Source: Bdellovibrionales bacterium (GTDB taxonomy: Bacteria > Bdellovibrionota > Bdellovibrionia > Bdellovibrionales > UBA1609). From it: a stretch of 64,000 nt of DNA. Positions 56,754-64,000 of the stretch are shown here, piece after piece. The position numbers and the translations under genes are program-made. The notes beneath the pieces were generated by a model, which made no database searches, was not told where the DNA came from, and was given only the letters and a program-made list of their open reading frames with translations. How positions within the stretch are numbered: the first letter of the stretch is position 1; every line of letters starts with the position of its first letter. The stretch is taken from the NCBI GenBank assembly GCA_965199825.1, contig OZ241329.1, positions 1,472,001 through 1,536,000 on the forward strand. The letters run 5' to 3'.

Positions 56754-58652
56754 ATGAAAAATTTGATATTTGTGATTTTGTTTTTGGGTTTTTCTGCTCA
56801 TGCTGTCGAGAAATCAAGCCCCGTCAGTTGGAGTTCGCGCTTTTTGGCAACCGGCAAAGTGATGAGTGATCCTGAAAACACTGTTGAGCAAAAGTCTCAA
56901 GACCTTCATCGTTTGTTTAGTGATGTCGACTCCGCTTGCCAGCTCAATTGCCGTTTGCCGATTGAGGGTTTGGTAAAAGCAATTGATACGCTGAACAGTT
57001 GGCAAATCGTTTACGCACTAAAAGCTTTTGGATTTAAGCATGGCGATGTGCTGGCTCATTACGCAGACAAAACCCGTGATGTTCTCACCCGAATTGACGA
57101 CGACCTGTTAAAGTCGACCGTTCATTCTGCAATTCAGCTGCTGCGGTTTTTTGTTTCAATCCATCAAAACTCTTTATTTGAATTTGCCAAGGCCGATGCA
57201 GCAGAGCGCAAAGCCATAATCGATCGCGAATTCGCCACACTTAAAAACCAAAAAGAAGCGATCACAAAATTCGCTTCCTCTTTTTCAAAGGGTCAGGACG
57301 CATCTGCGCTGACAGATTTAGAAATCAAACAGATCGCCGCTACGGTATCGCATTTTCGATTGATTGTTTTTTCGCGGTTGATCGAAGCCGTCGTGAGTAA
57401 TGCCGGATTGCTAGCACCTGAGGTTGCGATAACTCTCAATCGGGTGCAGCAACAGCTCCCACTGCCCACGGTTTTAGAACTCCGCGAAATTGTTTTTGGT
57501 GAATTTGGAATGGATCCAGATTCGTTGTATGAGGGGCTTGATTTTGAGCATCCCATTCGCAGTGATTATATCGCGGTTTATTACCGCGCACGAACCCGAG
57601 AAAAAAAACCGCGTGATGTGGTTGTCAAAATTCAAAGACCAAATCTGGATAAACAAATTCAACATAACTACGATTTGAATCATCTTTTACTGAGTGTCGC
57701 ACGGACATTGAGGCAAGAGGGTGCATTTGATTCCATAGAGAATTCGGCAATGATTTATTGCGCGATGGATGTGGCCTTGGCTGAAATCGAGAGCTACACC
57801 CAAAAAATGGAATTTGAGTTGGATTTTAGACTCGAAAGCCAAGCCTTAGAAAAAGCACGGGATATGAACATTGCGAATTTCAGTGTGCAAGTTCCTAAAC
57901 CATTAAGGGATTATTCAACTATTAGAATCTTAACGACTCTTGAGTCACCAAGCGGAATCTCTATTGATAAGTTGATGAACGGTGAGGGATCCCAGGTGGA
58001 GCAATCGGCGCGTGCTGAGGCGTTTGGCAGTATGGTGCGCTCATTTATTTATCAAACATTTGTGCTGGGCCAAATTCCGGGTGAGGCGAGTGCAAACCGC
58101 ATTGAGATTCAATCCAATGGGAATGTTTCGTTAAATCAATGGTCTCATGTATTTCAGGGCCGAGTTCCTATGGGAAAACCGCTCAAGGCGGTGATCTATT
58201 TGGCTCGAGGGGATAGCAAACGTTTTGCTCGAGCTTTTGCTCATATGGGTCGTAACCCCAATTTTCCTGAGCAAGAATTTGAGCAAGCGGTACAACAAAT
58301 TTTAGATCAACACGAGGTTCAAAAAAAATCGGGTTTTAGGGGAGTGAACCCAAAAAATTGGGCGTGGTCTTCATTGACCGAACTGATGGAGCCTGTTCTT
58401 GCCGAGGCTTATAAATTGGGATTTGAGGTGTCGCCGCAGTATGTGGAATTTGTGCGCTCGGTTGCACCGTTTGGATTGAGCGTCTATGGTATTGCCAAAA
58501 CACTGCCAACCAAAACTCTGGCCATTCACGGAGGGCTTGCGGTGTTATCTTCGGTGGTGGAACTTCCTGTGCAATTGGCTGTGGGTAAAGTAACTTGGAT
58601 GGGCCGTCGAACCATCGATAAATGTAAAGCTTTGCTGTCGAGTGGAACTTAA
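56754..58652 (+). CDS. Secreted ABC1/UbiB (AarF)-like atypical kinase, probable pseudokinase
   Basis: L..VQQ.LP, VVVKIQRP, ELDF..E and V.VPKP motifs; catalytic motifs degenerate; signal peptide ending AHA; C-terminal KCKALL. Confidence 0.75.
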   Translation: MKNLIFVILFLGFSAHAVEKSSPVSWSSRFLATGKVMSDPENTVEQKSQDLHRLFSDVDSACQLNCRLPIEGLVKAIDTLNSWQIVYALKAFGFKHGDVLAHYADKTRDVLTRIDDDLLKSTVHSAIQLLRFFVSIHQNSLFEFAKADAAERKAIIDREFATLKNQKEAITKFASSFSKGQDASALTDLEIKQIAATVSHFRLIVFSRLIEAVVSNAGLLAPEVAITLNRVQQQLPLPTVLELREIVFGEFGMDPDSLYEGLDFEHPIRSDYIAVYYRARTREKKPRDVVVKIQRPNLDKQIQHNYDLNHLLLSVARTLRQEGAFDSIENSAMIYCAMDVALAEIESYTQKMEFELDFRLESQALEKARDMNIANFSVQVPKPLRDYSTIRILTTLESPSGISIDKLMNGEGSQVEQSARAEAFGSMVRSFIYQTFVLGQIPGEASANRIEIQSNGNVSLNQWSHVFQGRVPMGKPLKAVIYLARGDSKRFARAFAHMGRNPNFPEQEFEQAVQQILDQHEVQKKSGFRGVNPKNWAWSSLTELMEPVLAEAYKLGFEVSPQYVEFVRSVAPFGLSVYGIAKTLPTKTLAIHGGLAVLSSVVELPVQLAVGKVTWMGRRTIDKCKALLSSGT

Positions 58653-58687
58653 AGTCTTGAGCCTCGTCAAAGATGCGTTAAGGAAGA

Positions 58688-59938
58688 ATGATGGATAAAT
58701 CTCTTTGGGCACTCGTCCCAGTCGACGATACGCGCATCCGCAAGGACTCATTTAAAGAGTCAAAAAAGATCATTCATAAAATGGATCGGCTTGAGCAAGC
58801 CCTCCAAAATTTTTATTCTACGGGGCAAAGATTATTTAACAGTTGGTCCGAACTCACCTTCCGGGGCCTGCGCGAGCAACTACAAAAGCAAGAGGAAGAA
58901 TACATCCGTCTTGCAACTCGGCATAATTCGATTGTTACTGTTTCTGAAATGCACAATGTGCCGATGTGGAAAGCCTACAAATTTATTCTAGAAGAAGAGC
59001 GCGTTTATCAAACCGCAACCGAATCCGAGCGCGAGCAGATCGAACAAATGCGTCAAAAAAGAGAAGAGTTTTTAAAACAACAGATGCACGAATCCTTTGG
59101 CTTTGAGGATCATGTTCCACCTCAGGAAGACGTCAATGAAGATCAATCAACCCTTCAGTTAGAAAAAATCAAAGAACTCAGTCTTGAACAAATAAACCAG
59201 CTGCTTGCAGATAAAGATCTCTGTCTCCCTTTTTTAATGGATGTGTTTAAACTGTGTGATGAAAACGACGAGATCTCATTTTTTTATAAAATTTGGTTAA
59301 TGACGGGCGCCAAAAATCAAAAAAACTTTAAAAGATATTTTTATCAAACCTATCAAGAAGATCTCGATGCCGTTTTGGAAGAGCATGGAAATTATCAAAC
59401 ACGGGTTAAATCTAATCAAAAACCAGCTGTGAAGACCTTCGATTTTGAATCGCTTAAATTTATTTATCGACAATTGGTGCAGCTTCTCCATCCTGATCGA
59501 CACTCCGACATTCACAATGCCAAAAGTCTGTGGATGACTCGAGCGTGGCATCAAGTTCAATCCGCCTATAAGGCAAAAGATAAAGAGGGGCTTGAAAGAT
59601 TGCTCCTCACAGTAAGAATTCGAACCGACGAGCTTTCTAACTTAAGTGTTTTTGAAATTCGCCAAAGCTCGGTTTTGCTCAAGGATGATCTTAAAATTTT
59701 AGAAACTAAAACTAAGCAGATAAAAAAACATCCGGCTTGGGGTTTTGCAATAGGTCGGGACCGTGCAAAGCTCGAAAAAAAAATCAGCGATGATCTCACA
59801 AATGATATTGGTAAAATAAATTATAAAATAAAAGAAATTGAATCCATCCATAGCCAGTACGCGCAAATCATCGATCGCAATCAAATGCGAGGTCAGCCCA
59901 AACGTCGTCGCTCACTCGATTATGAGCGCGAACTTTAA
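58688..59938 (+). CDS. Coiled-coil protein with internal J-domain (class C JDP)
   Basis: LK..YRQLV..LHPD...W..VQ.AY motif. Confidence 0.75.
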   Translation: MMDKSLWALVPVDDTRIRKDSFKESKKIIHKMDRLEQALQNFYSTGQRLFNSWSELTFRGLREQLQKQEEEYIRLATRHNSIVTVSEMHNVPMWKAYKFILEEERVYQTATESEREQIEQMRQKREEFLKQQMHESFGFEDHVPPQEDVNEDQSTLQLEKIKELSLEQINQLLADKDLCLPFLMDVFKLCDENDEISFFYKIWLMTGAKNQKNFKRYFYQTYQEDLDAVLEEHGNYQTRVKSNQKPAVKTFDFESLKFIYRQLVQLLHPDRHSDIHNAKSLWMTRAWHQVQSAYKAKDKEGLERLLLTVRIRTDELSNLSVFEIRQSSVLLKDDLKILETKTKQIKKHPAWGFAIGRDRAKLEKKISDDLTNDIGKINYKIKEIESIHSQYAQIIDRNQMRGQPKRRRSLDYEREL

Positions 59939-59939
59939 T

Positions 59940-60818
59940 CTAGAATGGCAGATTTCTTATTGTTTTGAGCTCATGATGGGTTCCGTATTTTCCAGCTTCG
60001 GATTTCACAATTTGGGCGGCCGAAATCTCGGTGTCATGAGTAAAAAAAAGCAGCCAATTTTCTTTAACCGCGGTTGGAAAGAGCTCGGTTTTTTCGTCTA
60101 TCAACAACTCAGGAAATCGGTCATAGCCCATGGTGATCGGCACATGAACCCAAGCTTTGCCCGGGACCAGATCGCCACAAAAAAACACGGTTTGATTTTC
60201 ACCCCGGAAACCCACATGCAAATGTCCTGGAGTGTGGCCGTGGCTATGGCGAAAAAATAAAACTTCTTCAGGAAAATATTCTTTTAAACTATTTTTATTT
60301 GTGATGATAAGGCGCTTCGAGTTTTTGAGTTTATCAGTAAGACCGGGGATAAAGGAGGCGCGGTCGCGAACGTGAGGCTTGACCGCTCGTGCCCAAGCGT
60401 CCTCGCCCACCACATATTTGGCGTTTGGAAAAAGCAACTGATCATTGCCCTCAGCAATTTGTTGATATGCGGGAAGAAGGCCACCCACATGATCAAAATG
60501 GAGATGCGAGAGGATTACAAAGTCGATATCTGAATCCTTGATTCCGAGAGATTCCAAGTTTTCGATCAGCAAATGTCTGCTTGGTTCTTGAACCCCAAAT
60601 CTTTCGGCCAGTTTAGGCTCAAAAAAAGCCCCGATCCCGGTTTCGCATAAAATCTTTATACCTTCGTACTCAATGAGCAGTGCTCGACAAGCAAGCTCGA
60701 TGCGCCCTTTTTGATCGGGAGGTGCCCATTTTTCCCAAACTACACGTGGCGCATTGCCAAACATTGCCCCCCCATCCAGTTTTTGGCGGTTGCCTTCGAC
60801 GCTCGAAATCTTTGTCAT
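59940..60818 (-). CDS. MBL-fold metallo-hydrolase, YtnP-like
   Basis: LDGGAMFG..P, SHLHFDHVGG, GHTPG, GD and MGYD.FP motifs; AAGGAG RBS. Confidence 0.92.
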   Translation of the reverse strand: MTKISSVEGNRQKLDGGAMFGNAPRVVWEKWAPPDQKGRIELACRALLIEYEGIKILCETGIGAFFEPKLAERFGVQEPSRHLLIENLESLGIKDSDIDFVILSHLHFDHVGGLLPAYQQIAEGNDQLLFPNAKYVVGEDAWARAVKPHVRDRASFIPGLTDKLKNSKRLIITNKNSLKEYFPEEVLFFRHSHGHTPGHLHVGFRGENQTVFFCGDLVPGKAWVHVPITMGYDRFPELLIDEKTELFPTAVKENWLLFFTHDTEISAAQIVKSEAGKYGTHHELKTIRNLPF

Positions 60819-60877
60819 TGGGTCTCCTTCACACAGCGAGTCTTGTTGCCATGAGGCCTTTGTTTTAGCCTTTGAGA

Positions 60878-62779
60878 ATGAAAAACATTGCTCTACTTTT
60901 TTTATTCGTCGGTTGTGCGCATCCGCAAACAAAATATTCTGGCTATGGTCAAAATAGCATATCGCCCACCGTTGCAAAAGTTTTTGCGCCTCCGCCTATT
61001 GATCCTATTTTAAGAAAGCAAATCCAGTCGATGCTCGACACCAAGGGACCACTGGCGGCATCGATTGCACCTAATAAAAAAGATATTTATTTTCATTGGT
61101 CGGTGAGCGGCAGCTATCAGGTTTGGAAGTGGAATGGTAATTTTCCCGAGCAAATGACCGCGGGCGAAGATCCCACGTCGTTAGTTAAGATCACTCCTGA
61201 CGGAAAATATCTGATTTTAGCAAGAGACCAAGGTGGGGATGAGTACCATAGTATTTATCTGCAAAAAACTTCGGGAGGTGCACTCGAGCCTTTGATTGTT
61301 CGACCCAAGGTCAAAATCTATCCTCAATTTTTAACCAAAGATGGCCGCTTTCTTTATTTTTCGACAAACGAAAAAGATCCATCAAGTTTTGAAATTTATC
61401 GGATTGAGCTCGAAACCAAAAAGGTCGAATCAGTATTTGATAAAAAAGGATTGTGGGGCATCGATGATCATCTTGAAAATGGTTCGCTCCTGTTATCTTT
61501 AGAAAAAGGGCATTCGGCAAAGGAATATTACCTTTATCAAAATTCGGTCTTGAAGCCTTTGTTTGGACAAAATGAAAATGAGCAATACAGTGCTCGTTTT
61601 GGTGCTCACCCCGGTGAGATTTTGGTTTTGACCAATAAATTTGGTGAATTTCAAAAACTCTATTCGTTTAAAAACAATAAATTTACTGAGCTCTCAAAAA
61701 ACATTACCGATGAGATTGAAGGATTTAGAATTGATTTAAATCGCCAAAGGATTTTGCTGAACCTGAATCAACAAGCACTCTATAAGCCAGTGGCTTATGA
61801 TGCCAATACCTATAAACAAATTAAATTTAAATCGCCGGAAGGTCTTCAAGTTTATTGGGGCGCCACTTCTCAAGATTCTTCGCAAACATTGATCGAGACC
61901 GAAACGCCCCAGTCTCCAGGTGATGTTTATCTTCTTGATTGGAAAACCAATCATCTCAAAAAAGTATTTTCACCAAGTTCGCCCGAAGCGGATTTAAAAA
62001 CCTTTGTAGCACCTCGTATTGCAAGCTTTAAGGCCCGCGACGGTGTCAGTGTTCCCGAACTGATTTGGCAAAGTGAGGCTTGTAAACAAAAAGCATGTGC
62101 TGTGATTGTTCACTTGCATGGTGGACCTGAATCCCAAGTGCGGCCGCGATTTAATGTGCTTGCCCAAATCTTGGTGGCTCATGATTACATTTTAGTTGAA
62201 CCTAATTTTCGTGGCTCTACCGGATACGGAAAAAGTTATGAAAAAGCCGACGACGGCGCGAAACGACTGAAAGTGATCGCTGACATTGCGGATGTGGGGC
62301 TTGATGCCCGAAAACAATTTACCTTTAACGGCAAAATCCCGCATGTTGGGGTTTTTGGTGGCAGCTATGGAGGCTATGCAACTTTGCTCGCGATGAGTCT
62401 GTTTGCTGGTACCTACGATTCGGGCATTGCCGAAGTCGGAATCAGCAACCTTAAAACCTTTTTGAACAATACTGCAGGCTACCGAAAGCAACTTCGAACC
62501 TCCGAATATGGAGATCCCGAAAAAGACTCAGATCTTCTCGCTCAGCTTTCGCCCATTACCCACATCAATCAGGTTCAGGCTCCGATCTTGATTGCTCACG
62601 GGCTCAATGATCCTCGAGTTCCGGTAGGTGAGGCCTATCAGTTTTATCAAGCTTTAGAAAAAAGGGGACAAAAACCGCGCTTGATCATTTTTCCTGATGA
62701 GGGACACGGGGTCCAAAAGCGCTCAAACCGCGTCTTAATGACCGGCTATATTTTAGATTTTTTTAACACGACTTTATAA
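60878..62779 (+). CDS. S9 family (prolyl oligopeptidase-like) peptidase, lipoprotein
   Basis: Lipobox FVGC; HGGPE, GGSYGG, NDPRV and DEGHG motifs. Confidence 0.93.
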   Translation: MKNIALLFLFVGCAHPQTKYSGYGQNSISPTVAKVFAPPPIDPILRKQIQSMLDTKGPLAASIAPNKKDIYFHWSVSGSYQVWKWNGNFPEQMTAGEDPTSLVKITPDGKYLILARDQGGDEYHSIYLQKTSGGALEPLIVRPKVKIYPQFLTKDGRFLYFSTNEKDPSSFEIYRIELETKKVESVFDKKGLWGIDDHLENGSLLLSLEKGHSAKEYYLYQNSVLKPLFGQNENEQYSARFGAHPGEILVLTNKFGEFQKLYSFKNNKFTELSKNITDEIEGFRIDLNRQRILLNLNQQALYKPVAYDANTYKQIKFKSPEGLQVYWGATSQDSSQTLIETETPQSPGDVYLLDWKTNHLKKVFSPSSPEADLKTFVAPRIASFKARDGVSVPELIWQSEACKQKACAVIVHLHGGPESQVRPRFNVLAQILVAHDYILVEPNFRGSTGYGKSYEKADDGAKRLKVIADIADVGLDARKQFTFNGKIPHVGVFGGSYGGYATLLAMSLFAGTYDSGIAEVGISNLKTFLNNTAGYRKQLRTSEYGDPEKDSDLLAQLSPITHINQVQAPILIAHGLNDPRVPVGEAYQFYQALEKRGQKPRLIIFPDEGHGVQKRSNRVLMTGYILDFFNTTL

Positions 62780-62814
62780 AAATATTCGGCATAATCCCCC
62801 TTAATTGGAGGTCA

Positions 62815-63303
62815 ATGATGCAAGTGAATATTGGTATTTCAGACGGCGATCGCAAAGCGGTGGCTGAAGGTCTGTCAAAATGTTTGGCGGATTCCTACAC
62901 GCTTTATTTAAAAACCCACAACTTTCATTGGAATGTCACAGGTCCAATGTTTCAAACTCTTCATTTGATGTTTGAAACTCAGTACACCGAGCTTGCCAAT
63001 GCGGTTGATCTTTTGGCCGAACGGATTCGTGCGCTTGGCGTTTTTGCACCTGGAACTTATAAACAGTTCGAGAAGCTCTCCTCCATTGATGAAGCCGATG
63101 GTGTGCCCCAGGCGAAAGAAATGATTCGTCAACTTTTAGAAGGGAACGAAGCGGTGATTCGCACTTCGCGTGCGGCCTTTCCGGCAATTGAAAAAGCGGG
63201 CGATGAGGCCACTGCCGATTTATTGACTCAAAGAATTCAGACTCATGAAAAAACCGCATGGATGTTGCGATCTTTGCTCGAAGGCGAAACCAAAACTTTA
63301 TAG
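62815..63303 (+). CDS. dps: DNA starvation/stationary-phase protection protein Dps
   Basis: KTHNFHWNV.G..F..LH, D..AERIR and HEKTAWML motifs; GGAGG RBS. Confidence 0.96.
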   Translation: MMQVNIGISDGDRKAVAEGLSKCLADSYTLYLKTHNFHWNVTGPMFQTLHLMFETQYTELANAVDLLAERIRALGVFAPGTYKQFEKLSSIDEADGVPQAKEMIRQLLEGNEAVIRTSRAAFPAIEKAGDEATADLLTQRIQTHEKTAWMLRSLLEGETKTL

Positions 63304-64000
63304 TTGGACCAAAATTCGCCCATGAGTTTTTCGCGCCAACATATTTTCAGATTGGGTCAGAATATCTTCAAGCGAAATTGTTTGGGTTAAAATTTTATCA
63401 AAATCTGGCGGTTGCTCAGCGAGCGAGTGCCAGATTTTTTCTCTCAAACTCCAGGGACAATTGTTTGAGCTGATTCCCAAAAGGCTCACACCTCTTAAGA
63501 TCAAAGGCATCACTGTGGTTTTTAATTCGGCGCCTGAGGCCAATCCCACACAGGCGATATTTCCATAAAGTCCAATATGCGCCGAGAGTTTTGCCAAAAC
63601 TTCTCCACCCACATTATCGATCGCACCGCCATATTTGGCCGACTCTAAAGGACGCGATCCAAGTTCAAGATCCTCTTTGATATCGTCGGCACCGAGTTGC
63701 CGCAGCCAAGAGTGAAGTTGTTTTTTTCCACTTAACGCAATGACCTTATACCCTCGCGACTTTAAGAGTCCGATGGCAAAACTACCAACGCCGCCACTGG
63801 CGCCGGTCACAACCACTGATCCTTTTTGGGGACTTTGATCCATCTGCTCCATACGAAAAATTGCAAGGGCCGCGGTAAATCCGGCAGTGCCAATCATCAT
63901 GGTTTGTGGAAGTGTTAGGCCTAAGGGTTTTTTGATCACAACATCACCCGATGCTTTTACAAAATCGGCATATCCGCCATCAAAGCTCTCACCGCACTCG
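63298..64000 (-). CDS. YhdH/YhfP-family MDR oxidoreductase; 5' end lies outside the window
   Basis: GTAGFTA, VTGASGGVG, DNVGG and P.ILRGV.LLGI.S motifs; frame open to the window end. Confidence 0.92.
   Translation of the reverse strand, partial: ECGESFDGGYADFVKASGDVVIKKPLGLTLPQTMMIGTAGFTAALAIFRMEQMDQSPQKGSVVVTGASGGVGSFAIGLLKSRGYKVIALSGKKQLHSWLRQLGADDIKEDLELGSRPLESAKYGGAIDNVGGEVLAKLSAHIGLYGNIACVGLASGAELKTTVMPLILRGVSLLGISSNNCPWSLREKIWHSLAEQPPDFDKILTQTISLEDILTQSENMLARKTHGRILVQL

Noticed and set aside
1..64000. Mobile elements, prophage genes, rRNA or tRNA
   Set aside because: No transposase, integrase or phage motifs and no RNA-gene signatures were recognised

Overview
Gene-dense bacterial chromosome segment with about 65 CDS, many overlapping or abutting. 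I found no tRNA, rRNA, CRISPR array or mobile element. Gene content and the many signal-peptide-bearing orphan proteins suggest a Bdellovibrionota-like organism (inference only). Recognisable genes include nadE, a PD-(D/E)xK-Fe-S DinG/XPD helicase, a DEDD/GIY-YIG fusion, a DEAD-box helicase, arfB, dinB (Pol IV), rnhA, hppA, ilvE, SRAP, typA, SulP, dps and several transporters and hydrolases. Main observations: (1) eight otherwise unrelated secreted orphans share a terminal C-x-x-(x)-L micro-motif and several carry normally cytoplasmic cargo domains (six tandem Phd/YefM-like repeats, an ABC1/UbiB pseudokinase, a transglutaminase-like triad), a candidate effector-sorting tag; (2) a GapR-like plus PC4-like small gene pair follows the DNA-repair operon; (3) a pirin gene is split at a T-TTT-TAG shifty-stop site; (4) leaderless-type gene starts are common, including two overlapping divergent -10 boxes in an 18-bp gap. 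All family calls are by-eye motif recognition; no database searches were run.
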